Below, piece after piece: positions 1 through 11,627 of a stretch of DNA of 64,000 nucleotides (position 1 is the stretch's first letter; the number at the start of each line of letters is the position of its first letter). Made by a program: the position numbers and the translations under genes. A model generated the notes under the pieces. That model ran no database searches and was not told where the DNA came from. It saw only the letters and a program-made list of their open reading frames with translations. Source of the stretch: Setoptus koraiensis (taxonomy: Eukaryota; Animalia; Arthropoda); NCBI GenBank assembly GCA_048013815.1, contig CM106585.1, forward strand, positions 7,874,001 through 7,938,000. The letters are read 5' to 3'.

Positions 1-2340
1 TTAACCACTTTCTGTCGCCATTTCTTATTGCATCAAGCAAACTACCATAAGTTCTTCCTTGCGCAAAGTCTCAGCAATGTTAAACCCAACTCGGTGTAAA
101 TTGTAGTCGAGTTTGAGAGTAAGATTTAGAACTTTGGGTGTTCTATCGAATAGTGACCAAGCCCGATTTCCATGAAACTTCACCCCTGGGCCCCGAAGAT
201 GCCCCCAGAGACGTTTTCAGCGATCAGAAAGAGCGGAAATTTTTACTTCCGAAGTTATGGAAAAGCTCATTTTTTGGGCCTCACAAGGCAACCTAGTTAG
301 GTGGTAGTGTCAGAAGGGGCTGGCTATGGCCTATCCGTTTTCGGCTCGTCGAGCTGAGCAAGAATACACTATTCCCATGCCCGTTTTTATTTGCCGACTT
401 TTTGCAATATTTTACCAGATTTTTTCGACATAAATTTAGATGAATTTGTTGAAATTCAGCATAAAACAGACCCAAACTATAGCCCGGATGAAATGTCGAT
501 AAATGAAAAACCCGATACAGTCGAAAAGATCAATTTCAATTTTGAAGGCAAGCCTCTCGACTGCGTAGAATGTGAAAACGTTTGGTTGGCAAATTTATTA
601 TAGGCAAAACCAGGCAATAACGGACGACATATTGTTGGATAAATTAGGCAATGCTGAAAGGGCTCAACCGATAGACACCATATGGAAACTTCACACCGGA
701 TGTTAACAAAACACTTGAATCACCGAATGTTAACAAAACACTTGGGTTATAGTCCTGAAGAGCGCCACACTTTTTTTGGGGTATCTTGGGTATTTTCGGG
801 TAGGCTATAGTACCCTTATACCTAGATAGGTATTCCGGAAGTGCGGAAATTCCTGGTTCCCGAGATAACCGAGGTACCGCTCTATGGGCGTTTCTCGTTA
901 CCCGACAGCCGCTTGGGGATTTGCGGGTATTTTTTCGGGGTAATTTTTGGTTCCTCGATGAAGTCGCGTCCAATACAGCAAGGAATAGTAGAAATAGGCC
1001 TTAGCTTCGCTCTGATTGTAATGGGTCCAAGAACTCGGCCTGCGGCCTCGTAATCTGGAGGCCGTCACATCTCCGTCGTCGCTCTCGCGACGACTCCGTG
1101 CGACGGGAACCCTTCGGGTAGGGTTGATGAGCGCTTCGGGTATCGGGCTACGCCCTCTACCCTCCGCTCAAGTGACTGCGATTCATTTACTACGGCGGGT
1201 TCATGTCCTACACGGAGATTTGTTCGAATATATTGAGAACCGGAAGCTGAATAATTCAGAAAATGATGTCAGTGTGCTCTTCATACTCTGATCCAGCTGT
1301 ATACCAAGTTTCAAGTCTGTATCTTGAATTTTATGTAAAACCGGAACCGGAAGTTTCCGCACTTCCGGACTAGCCAAACTGTTGTCAGGGGGCCCTACGG
1401 GCCCTATGTGTGAAGTTTCATCGTAATCGGAGTGTGACGCTATTATGCACTACACCCGACCTTTGGATTAGAAACTGAACTCTCTCATCCTATGCAACTC
1501 ACAAGTGAGTCTATCACCTGAATAGGTTTCCTTGTTAGTGACTTTCCAACCCCCATCCGAACACCAAACTAGACTTACTCAAGGTTCTCGAAATCTGTTT
1601 CAATGAGCCGCCAGGCGATATTGTTGTTGTCAATTACTTCGTCTGACGGCTGTATTCCAGGGTCTCGGAAGGGGGCTCCTTGATAACATCCTTTGTAATT
1701 TTTTCTTTGATCATGTTCTCTAGAAATACTATATAGTGGTAGGCTACTTTATCGACCATGGCCTTTGACAATGGCCGTTCTCCTTGCGGTTTAGGGAGGT
1801 GCTTTTTGAGGTCTTCCATTTTATATTATTCTTCTGTCGTCGTTGTTGTGGCCGATATTGACATATAAATAGACTGATTCAACCTCGTTAGTCTAGATCG
1901 ACTGACAAGGTAAACCTCTTTTTCGGAGGCACCCAGACAGAACAAACTATAGCTTTTCTGAACTCTCTAAAAGCTGAAAGGATACGCTATTCTTAAGCCC
2001 ACATTTTTTGAAATTTTTGCATTACTGACACTATTTTTTTTTATCATCAAATTTTAAAAGGCTATCGGTGCTGTCTAATAGAACATGAAAATGAGGCTGA
2101 TATTCTGATTTTCAACATATAGCTCGAGAGCTGTGCAGAGTGGGTCTATACCCGGTTTTTCCTAACTTTTTGCAATAAATTGATAGAATTTCCTAAGATT
2201 CAGACCCTCTCAGATATCACTAGAGATGCTCCCGAGAGCATTAGAAAGGCATTTCAAACTATTTCAGAAGGAATTCAGAATTAATTAAATCGTCTACCTG
2301 TTACAATAAGTTAATCGATTGAACAACACTGTCTATAGTG
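1..2340. mobile_element. Mosaic of probable non-autonomous interspersed repeats (Helentron/DINE-like or MITE-like), family not identified
   Basis: Lacks the CAA/CA microsatellites seen elsewhere. Two diverged inverted copies of one motif: 163-183 (reverse complement GTGAAGTTTCATGGAAATCGG) and 1410-1430 (GTGAAGTTTCATCGTAATCGG), 19/21 identical, with loosely similar flanks. A perfect 15-bp inverted pair lies at 835-849/1354-1368. No transposase or RT ORF is recognisable. The family assignment is inference. Confidence 0.35.
694..744. repeat. 27-bp tandem duplication (CACCGRATGTTAACAAAACACTTG...)
   Basis: Copies start at 694 and 721. Confidence 0.85.
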
Positions 2341-2787
2341 GATAAAGAGTTTATGTTAATTTATTTCATTTGCTGGTGAAACATTGATAGCGGTATTGGG
2401 CGGAAGTGTAACTGGCATACTCAAAATAATCTGTATTGATTGCACAAAATGTTGATGTTTGGCGTGTACAAAAGAGATATGATCATAGTGTATATAGTAA
2501 TAGTGAAAAAATAGTACTTTACAACAAAAATTTTGCGCAATTATTAGTTGATCATCCACAACAGTGAAGCGATTGTGTGAGCATATCATGTATCTGCTAA
2601 AAGTGTTTTAAGAATAATATTAACCATGTGTTTGGTGGTAAGTGCTGATGAGTTTTCCATCCATGTTTGAGAAAGGGAGGGAGCGAGTGAGAGATCCAAA
2701 GAGTTGGTGATCCAAACAAATCCAATAGTGTATACTCGTGGCTCGTTTGATATCGTCTTGGTGTTTCAGATGATAGTTCTATTACGG

Positions 2788-4599
2788 TTAAACTGGCGGA
2801 GATCTGTAATGATAGGACTTGTGGAGGTGAGGTGAGTTGTTGACGAGTACACTGATGGCCAGAATGGCCACTGCCACGACGAAGAATGTCAAATATACAA
2901 CGGTTTTGGTGTATCTTTTCTTCTCTTTGGTGGTAGTTTTCTTGTTTGTTGTTGATTGACGCGGCGTCGACTGTCCACTCATGTTGGCCGGCAGTGTTTT
3001 CATGCTGGTGCCCTCAGTGTCGATAACAGTAAATTTAACCGGATCAGTCTGGACACTTGTGTCAACCCCATGACTCTTGTTATGCTGCGGCTGACTGAAG
3101 TATTGCTTATGGCGTCTTCGCGAACTCTTGCCACCATTGCTGGTGTTGGTGTTGTTGTTGTTCTGATTCTGGTTTTGTTGACGCGACAACTCAGTGGTTG
3201 TTTGACTGTCAATGACAACAGTTGATTGTTGCTGTTGCTGGTCATCGAGTTTGTTGATGGCATCAACAACAGCACCTGTACCAACTTGTTTTGTTGATTG
3301 CTGTTGTTGAGTGTTGTTGTTGGCGCGACAAAATGGACTTACCTTAGCCACTTGTGGTTGGCTGTGATTTGCGCCATTAATTGCCGATTGATTGACACAA
3401 TTAGTCGCTGGCTCAACCAGTGCGCTGTTGTCGGTGCTGTTTGTTTCACTAGATGTCATCACGTCGGCTCGTTGGCCACCATCAACTGGATCCTCTTCGA
3501 CAGCGTCCTCGACATCGGCGTCCTCTTCCTGTTGTTGTTCGGTGGCGCCCACGGATTGTTGTTCCGGATTCTGCTGCTGCTGCTGTTGTAGTTGTTGCTG
3601 TTGTTGTTGTTGCTGCTGCTGCTGCAACAAAGAGTCCATGTATAATGACTCGTCGTGACGTTCGAGCCACAATTCATAATTCTCGCCGAATTCCATGATA
3701 TTTCTGGCCGAGTCCTCGTCCAGTGAGTTGAGCTCGTCCGAATCAATGTTGCGCCCATCGGCACAACAATATCCGGTGAACAGGGGCGCCTGGTAATAAT
3801 CCCAATCGGCCCAATCGTTGGGGTAGCTGAGCGGACGGCGACGTCTTCTGCGATTTTGATTGCCGTTGGCCGAATGTTGTTTGCCTCCCGTTTTAACCAT
3901 TGCTGTTGGTGTGTCCTCTTGATGAGTTGCTTGAGTTTGTGTCGGTGGTTGTTGCTGTCGCCTTCGTCTAAATTGGCGCCGTCTATTCGTTGACGATGAA
4001 CTACAATTGAACAGTGCCATAGGCTCGTCAAATTTAGTCAAATCAACCCATTTGATATTGTTGTCCGCAGTGATTGATCCATCAATGTCGGCTGTCATAA
4101 TCTCGCTATTGTTGTCAATGTAGTTACTTGAACGTGCCCCTCTAATACTGTCGTGGCTCGATGGGTGCGATCTTGCCACCACTTGGGCGGCTTTTGCTGC
4201 GGCGGCCACTGCCAATGACAGGCGTCTTCGTGATAATGACTTGCCATTGGCGCCATTATTGTGAGCTGAACAATTATTTGATTTTCTGTTGTCATCGTTG
4301 GCCTTTTGGCGACAATTGTCTCCTGTACGACCGCAAGATGCAGCGACTTGCGCCTGCAATGACGGACCCTGACAATCGGGCGTTGTATTGACTCCTGAAT
4401 CACTATTGTTGCTTGCTTGAGTATCATCATTACAGCAATTGTGGGTGCCCATTCTGTTTCCCTTTCTCATCGAGGCCATCTTCTGGTGGTGTTGCGTAAT
4501 GCGCTCGTCGTCCTGGACATCGCCAGTGTTAGCGTCGTCTGATTTCAACGAGCATTGCCTATGCAAATCGGACTGATTCGAAGTTGAGAGAGGTTGACG
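2788..4599 (-). CDS. klar: Klarsicht-like KASH protein, terminal exon
   Basis: Long ORF with a klar-type motif (DWDYYQ...EDSARNIMEFGENYELWL). It ends in a basic patch, a ~21-aa TM segment (TVVYLTFFVVAVAILAISVLV) and a lumenal tail NNSPHLHKSYHYRSPPV-stop, i.e. a KASH architecture. The phase-0 acceptor TAACAG gives an exon start at 4599; an alternative acceptor would start it at 4558. Confidence 0.75.
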   Translation of the reverse strand, partial: RQPLSTSNQSDLHRQCSLKSDDANTGDVQDDERITQHHQKMASMRKGNRMGTHNCCNDDTQASNNSDSGVNTTPDCQGPSLQAQVAASCGRTGDNCRQKANDDNRKSNNCSAHNNGANGKSLSRRRLSLAVAAAAKAAQVVARSHPSSHDSIRGARSSNYIDNNSEIMTADIDGSITADNNIKWVDLTKFDEPMALFNCSSSSTNRRRQFRRRRQQQPPTQTQATHQEDTPTAMVKTGGKQHSANGNQNRRRRRRPLSYPNDWADWDYYQAPLFTGYCCADGRNIDSDELNSLDEDSARNIMEFGENYELWLERHDESLYMDSLLQQQQQQQQQQQLQQQQQQNPEQQSVGATEQQQEEDADVEDAVEEDPVDGGQRADVMTSSETNSTDNSALVEPATNCVNQSAINGANHSQPQVAKVSPFCRANNNTQQQQSTKQVGTGAVVDAINKLDDQQQQQSTVVIDSQTTTELSRQQNQNQNNNNTNTSNGGKSSRRRHKQYFSQPQHNKSHGVDTSVQTDPVKFTVIDTEGTSMKTLPANMSGQSTPRQSTTNKKTTTKEKKRYTKTVVYLTFFVVAVAILAISVLVNNSPHLHKSYHYRSPPV

Positions 4600-5590
4600 C
4601 TGTTATGTCGACAAAATTTGAGAGAAAAAGCAGAAAAAAAAACAATTATTGTTAGTAGATGTGAGTGTGGGGTGATTCTGACTGAGCAGTAACCTGATGC
4701 GATGTAACCCAGTAATCGAGTGTCTGTCGTGTGTAGTGGCGCATTCACGACACAGTTGGCCTGCTCTTGTGGCAGACTCTCAATCAGAAATTTTTGGTTG
4801 GTTCATTTGGTATAACAAGCAATTTGGGCAAGCTCGAGATCGTTTATTGGCGACCCAGTAAACACTGTCGACAATAACAGTTGGCCGTATTATATTGTCA
4901 ATTGTTGCTAATATGCTAGTCTAATATTATGGTCGTAGGCGAGTCGCAGCACACAGCTACCCATAAACCCGAAACAATTGATCTGCTCATAAAACTCTAC
5001 CGGTGGTTGCCGTGCATATATCATCTTATATCAGGCTGGGCCATCGCCAACTTGAAGCCATCATGAGTGGCGTGACTCGCACTGATCCGAGCCCGGATTT
5101 CCCCTACCAAAAGTGAAACAACCAAATTGGGTCTGCTTGTGAGCGCCGAAAAAAGATATGCCATCAGTGGACGGCTGATGATAACAGCAGATAAATGATG
5201 GCCACTGAATAGCCGAGACGAAAATAGCCCAGTTTGAGTTAATGAGAGCAACCGAAGCGATTGCTGATTTGAAACACTCTTTACAGCGAACAGCAACAGT
5301 AGTGGCTTCAAATAAATTTAATTCAATTTCCTATCAATGCCCCAAACCATCAGCATGTGATCAGCGAGATCGGATGTTTGCATCTTGGCAGTTGATGATC
5401 CGGCGCTTGTAGTGTTTAAACTCATCATGATTACGCAACTTAATGTTGGTCATGTTTGTCGGCACAGTAAAAAGGTAACGTTTAATTACTCATCATCACC
5501 TGTGCAGAGCTGCATCGTTGCAGCGATGGATGGACTCATCGGGCTTCTCTCGAATTCGGACAGCTCATCATGGCTGTCCGAATTCGCGAG

Positions 5591-5622
<32 letters not shown>

Positions 5623-6361
5623 GGCCACTAGGCCAACAAATCTCCAGACAGAGCTCGACAACTATTTTCAGTCTCGACATGAGAGTAGATTAAAATAGGA
5701 AGTCCACTAGAGACCGAGTAGACAGCCCACGAAGAGAGACATGCAATCAAACAATTAATTTGTGATATGGCCACTTATTCACACTGTGTGCAAGTCAACT
5801 TTGTGTCTCATTCTTTTTCAAGTCTCTTTCAAGCAAACTCCATCCGTATAATACTGGCTGCAACTCAACCTGTTCAGTCTGTCCACTTCAGGTGTAGAGT
5901 GCTGTCTACATTTGCTTATGCTGCTTACGCAAGTGGCCAGGCCGAATAGTTGACCCGCCACAGACGCCATTTCAATCACATCAATACAGATAATAATAAT
6001 AATAAACACTCTTGCATAATAGATTATGTAATAGATTGTGTATGATAGATTATATAAAAGATTGTACACAGCGTATCACAAATAGTGTTAGTTAGTATGT
6101 ATTGCGATACTATCAATTTGAGCGTTCCAGCTCACTAAACTGACTTGTGGGCAACAGGTGAATTGGCAGCAGTATTGTGAATTACACAGGACAACAACAT
6201 AAACATTGAGTTGGTCAAAAGGAGAAGAAAAAGTCGTAAAAAAGAAGAAATAGCAATATCACACACACACACAAACGAACGGGATGAACACTGTCAATGG
6301 TCAACATTGTTGCTCGGTGTTGGTGTGTGATCAAGGTCGCTGTTGATGACCAGTAAGGCAC

Positions 6362-6429
6362 CGTAACCAGTGGTCATATTTCTTTATCAACAGCAGTATT
6401 TTTTCGTTGATCTGACAACTCGAACGAAA
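6362..6429 (-). CDS. klar: Probable internal exon of the klar-like gene (FRSSCQINEKILLLIKKYDHWLR)
   Basis: Phase-0 acceptor TTATCAG matches the phase-0 donor of the 7562-7630 exon, and the peptide looks like an amphipathic, spectrin-like helix. The donor is weak and its position uncertain. Exons between here and 4599 were not resolved. Confidence 0.4.
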
Positions 6430-7561
6430 CTGATAAATTGGCCATGCCAGACAGCAGCGGCGGCAGCAGCAGCGAAATTGCAACTTGAACAAAAAAGCCA
6501 CTCCAATCATAAGTGCACTCGAAGGGACTTTCAACTTTTCTTTCTCTCTCTCTCTCTTTAGTTTTTTACTTAGACCAACATTATTTATCTTCGCATATGC
6601 AAACAAGCAGCATGAGTACGAGTGGACAGAGATTTAGTAATACCTGTGATCAGCGAGCGGACACGATGATTTAAATTAAAAAATAGTCGGCCATTATCGA
6701 TCACGATGCGAAGCGAGCGGCGTGACTCTCGCGCATTTTCTTTCATCGCAAGCTATCCATATCACACAAACTACCCGACTAAATAGATAATATTTCACTC
6801 TGACTCAACTAAAGTCTCGCCTCTACTGCCATGCTTTGAGCTGGTCTCATGCCCATGATTATATAACAGATATTATATTATGTAACCGATCGATAGAGAA
6901 TTGGGCCAATATTCGCTTGTGTGTGAACGACATGCGAGACAACGACCGTGACCGCGCCTAATCAAATCATGACCAATCGGACACATATTCAAATACCATA
7001 CTATACGCGATGATAACAACGTCTAAATAATAGTACAAATTACACTCGAAAACAATGCCGGCACCCGACGGTGACTGGCTGATGGGAGAGGTGAACGCCC
7101 ACGCATTGTTGTTGTCGTTAGTTGCACAGCAGCGCTTGTTTTTTTGTTTTGAGATTGTTGTTGTTGTCTGACATTTTATAACACAACTGTAACAATACTG
7201 TTTAAATTAACTAATTGATAATATAATGTAATATGCAAGCGGTTTGTTAAATCACAGTTTACTCAATCTAGTGCCGAGATTGAGAACGCCACCGATCGTC
7301 ATGTAACTGCATCATTTAATTAATTTTAAAGAATGCGGAAGTGCTCATAAGCCGTGTGTGTGTGTGTCTCATGTTGAATTAATTGAAAATATCCAATTAA
7401 TCACCAATTAATTACTAACACTAGAGTGGCCACGGAGACAGTGTATGCGTGTGTGTTTTATAAACACGCACGGTGACAATCAATTAATTGTTGTTGTATC
7501 GTCCAAGGATCGTCCAACAACTAATTGTCAAGACACCCGGATAGGTGGCCAGCTTACTTAC

Positions 7562-7630
7562 CTGGCGCATTGAACATATAAAGCAGCGAGCAGTAGCAAC
7601 AGGTGAGTTGGTGGTCTCTTCTGGCCGTTT
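7562..7630 (-). CDS. klar: 69-nt internal exon of the klar-like gene (KRPEETTNSPVATARCFICSMRQ)
   Basis: Pyrimidine-rich acceptor TTGTCTCATTAG and consensus donor CAG|GTAAGT. Phase 0 at both ends, open frame. Confidence 0.6.
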
Positions 7631-8561
7631 CTAATGAGACAAACGAAACAATAATAAATTTAATCTCTCTCAACACTTGATGACTCCAAGTAAGAAGCTG
7701 AATTAAAGTTAGATTGAAGTAATGCTGCTGCTGTTGACGATGATTAATCATGTCCGATCATACATTGAACAATAAAAAACACACACACACAACGAAAAAG
7801 CAAAAAGAAATATTTACATCAGCCACTATTTAGCCCGACGAGACATGACATGCAGACAAGTGGTGGTAATCATGCTCACCTGTTGTAATTTGTAGCTGTG
7901 AGAGTTGAAGTCGTAAAAATAAATACTGGCTCGCCAGACGCCCAAATAATAATGACCTAGTTATAAAGCCTAGATTTTCTCTCTTTCTCTCTCTCTCTCT
8001 CTGGTTGCGATTTCGGCGCCATGAATCATGATGATTCATTGTGAATCACACAGTGCGAGCGAGCTTGCCATGAATCAAAAAGCCTCCTCTATCTACTCAT
8101 GTAACTCGCTTCTCTACACCTGTTGTTGCGTGTAACAAATAAGCAGATTACGCAACGGCAACGGCAACAGCAACAACAGTTATGCAGTTACGCAATGCTG
8201 GCCGGCTAACAAACAATAAGTAAGGCAACCTTGATTATAATCTAACTCTATAAATATAACTGTTGCTGTTGTTGATTGCTATTATACACTGAACTGGCGC
8301 TGCGTTGGGCAACGTATAATGAGCGGCCGAGTAATAGCGGTGAATTACAATTGTGTTTTTATTGCTGCAACCGCAACAACAACAACATTTTTATGAGATA
8401 TTGATCGCATGATTATGATTAATTATTTTCGCCAGACTCTCTCATTACTGCTACGAGAAAGAAAACAGAAAAACAAAATTCTCTCTGTAGTTCAATGTGC
8501 AATCGATTGGCCCATTGAGCCATTTCGCGATACAACGATACGCCGTTGTTAGCTCACTCAC

Positions 8562-9756
8562 CTGTCCATCGGCCAAGCTTTCGTCCTCTTCGTCTTGTTC
8601 CTCTCCGACGTCGTCGTCGTCATCGTCAATCTCTTCGTCGTCGTCGTCGTCGACGTCATCTTCGTCGTCATAGTCTTCGTAATCTTCGCTCAATTCATCC
8701 ACACCGTAATCGCTGGTATATTCAATATCTTTGATGCTCTTGTGCAAAATATGCTGATGCAATTGCTGTTGGTTGCTATGGTGACGCTGGTGATCAATAA
8801 AATTAAGCTCACTTATTAAGCTGTCTAAATTATCTCTTTGCTGTTTCTCAATATTGACTGATTGATGTTTTTTATCAATATTAACAATGCTTGCTGAATT
8901 GCTGTCCGTTGTTTGTTTGTTGCTGTTGTTGTTACTGTTGCGCAATTGACTAGAATTGTTGTTAGTACCGTTTAGTAGCAACTTGACTCCATCAACGTGA
9001 TCACTATTATTACAACAACGATCTGTAACAATATCTTGTGAGCTTGCCATTGTTTTGCTGCTAATATTGCCGGTGTTGTTATTGCTGGTGTTGATGTGAT
9101 TGATCAATTCTCCATTAAGCATGACATTATAACTATCAATGTGTTGTTGGTGTTGTTGTTGTTGTTGCATTCGTTTGTGTTGATAGTGCAATAGCAAGTA
9201 CTGATAATAACTTAGAATGTGATTGTTGATAATGCTGCCGCTGTTGCTTCTACTTTGAGCCTGATAATTACTCTTGTTTGTGTCTATTAAATTATTCGAA
9301 GCATACAAGCCAGACCATTTGCCTTCGCCCTTGCTGCTGCTGATGTTGTTGTTGTTTCTTAATTTATTATAACTGTTACAATTATTATTATTTTGAGCTG
9401 TTACGGAAGCAACATTCCTATTGAGATCATGTTCACTTTTGCTAATTCTTCTCTCTAGATTCTTCCTCTTCTCTACGAGCAAGTTGTTGTTTGCCAACGA
9501 ACCATTGACGCCTCTTGTTACGTATTCGTCGTAGCTGCTATTGAGATGAGGCCAAGTTTGTTGTTGTTGTTGTTGTTGTTGCTGTTGTCTGTCGGTGACG
9601 TGTGCCAATGGAACTGTCTGACAGCGCCTGTAGCGAGCTTGTTTTGTCTTTTCAGGCTTCTTTTGCTGTTGCTGATGTTGTGGTGTCGCTACAATAGTTG
9701 GCGAAGATTCCTGAGAAGAGGCCGATCGTCGTTTCTCGTCGCTTGATGTGTTGTCG
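8562..9756 (-). CDS. klar: Large low-complexity (N/Q/D/E-rich) internal exon of the klar-like gene
   Basis: Acceptor CTCAACAG|C at 9756 is phase 2 and completes AG+C=Ser from the upstream exon. The frame is open and continuous with the listed 8451-9608 ORF. Consensus donor CAG|GTGAGT at 8562 is phase 0. Confidence 0.65.
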
Positions 9757-10042
9757 CTGTTGAGTCACAAATGAGAGCATTGAATTGTGATTAAATTGTG
9801 ATGGATGAGTAAGAATGAAAGAGACACGTTAGTTGTTGGCTAATATTTTTCAATATTGTTTCACCGTTTCGTCTATTGTTGTTGCGCTACGTAACACGAT
9901 CAGTGTAGTGTAATTAATGTGCTAAGAAACACATACAGACACAATGGTCTATCAAGTATTATGACGTAAGTGGCAGAAAAGAAGACAATGGTCAAATGGT
10001 CAAGCAAGATGAGTGTTGCCGTTGCTGCCGGTCAGTGGTCAG

Positions 10043-10110
10043 CAGCAACTACAACAGCAACTACGACAACAACTACAACAGCGACTGCAACAGCGACTGC
10101 AACAGCAACT

Positions 10111-10157
<47 letters not shown>

Positions 10158-10175
10158 TACAACAGCAACTACAAC
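10043..10175. repeat. Compound CAA/CAG/hexanucleotide microsatellite in an intron
   Basis: Visible (GCAACA)n-type array; it explains the poly-TA/poly-Q/poly-NS ORFs in the track. Confidence 0.9.
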
Positions 10176-10660
10176 AGGAGAGGTCACGAACAACGGCAAT
10201 CCAAGTTCAAGCAAGTTTGCGTCTGTTGTTGTCGCTGTTGTTGCGCCTGAAGAACGACAGACGTATTACGTCTAGACGATGTTGTTGTGTCCCTGTGTCT
10301 GGTGGCTTCGTTTTGTGGTACGGGTTAAGCTGGCTCAATTCAGCTGAACTCAACTCAGATTTATTTGACTGGCAATGCAAGCAATCAATCCATCAGCGAG
10401 AATCACATCCATATGATAATATCTGGCCAGCACCGAAGCCAAGCGATGAGTCATTGGCAGTGACTGAATCGAATTGAAAAACACACACACTGGACAACGA
10501 TGCACCTGTTGTCGTTGTTGCTATTGCTGTTGTTGTTGGCGATGTTGATGTTGGCAATAACAACAACAATGTACAAACATTGCGCATAACGCTTGCAAAA
10601 TAATATAATAGTTTTATAATGGTGCAACAGCGACACAGGTCAAGCACCACATCGAGACAG

Positions 10661-10700
10661 CACAGGTGAGCACAGGTGAGCTCAGGTGAGCACAGGTGAA
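10661..10700. repeat. Four tandem 10-mers C(A/T)CAGGTGA(G/A)
   Basis: Copies at 10661, 10671, 10681 and 10691, with two degenerate copies following. Confidence 0.9.
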
Positions 10701-10767
10701 TTGGGTGAACACGGGTGAATGGGGGGAAAACAAGTGGCGAACAAGTGGGTGACTAACGAGAACTCAC

Positions 10768-11627
10768 CTGGATGGTTGATGGCGATTTGTGATTGCGACT
10801 TTGGTCGATTGGTGGTCAGAGGTGTTATTGTTTGTTTTGCTGTTTGCAAGCTTGTGACAGTTCTTTCTCGAGTGGTGATGATGGTCGGCCGACGATGAGG
10901 CCGGCAACTGGTTGTTGATGAAATAATTAAACGAGTAATTGTAATAGTGTTTTGGACATTTGAATGTGCGCTCGACAACTATGAGTTGCTCCAACGATTT
11001 AAGCCACAAATTGTGCCAACGATACTCGGCTCTGTTGATGCAATTCTCAATTGATTTCAGCTGTTTCAATTTGTATCTATAGATGGACTTGATTTCTTTT
11101 TTTGTTTTGCTGGCGTGCTCGAGGGAGCAAATTTGCTGATTGCAATTGCTGCTGCTGCTGATCGGCAATTGGTCTAATTGGCTGCCAATTGATGCTTGTG
11201 TCTTGGTATTATGAGGCTTGTTTGGGGCTGTTGTTGTTGGCTGTAAATGGTCGCTCAAATAGTGCTCTTGTTGTGATAAATTAATTTTGTTTGCCTCAAT
11301 GCCAATAAGCGATGTAAGATTGTCTTGGTCGTCTTGTGACTGATTCAACAACAATAGCAAATCGTGAGTATCTGACTCGACCTCTAACACTTGGCTGTCC
11401 AATGTTTGCTCTTGTTGGCCGTTTTTGGCTGTATTTTGGCTTGGTGTGTCTGTGGCGGATTCGTTGCCCGATTGCCAGCACGATGACACATTCGAGGATG
11501 ATGCTGTTGTTGTTAATGTGTAATAACTGTTTATTTCCAAATTGAGCTCTTGTTGTCGTTGCTCAAATAGACGCCTGATCTCTGTGGTGAACTTGTAACC
11601 AACACGTTCCACTTCTCGTTGCAGCGA
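10768..11627 (-). CDS. klar: Internal exon of the klar-like gene with spectrin-like helices (SLQREVERVGYKF...; AEYRWHNLWLKSLEQ)
   Basis: The RWHxLWLxSLE motif resembles the klar/AKAP6-type spectrin-like segment. Phase-0 acceptor at 11627 is directly preceded by an in-frame TAG, so upstream exons must exist. Consensus donor CAG|GTGAGT at 10768 is phase 2. Confidence 0.7.

Noticed and set aside
1124-1172. Hammerhead ribozyme (TGATGAG followed by a stem)
   Set aside because: The core reads TTGATGA rather than CTGATGA, and there is no GAAA after stem II.
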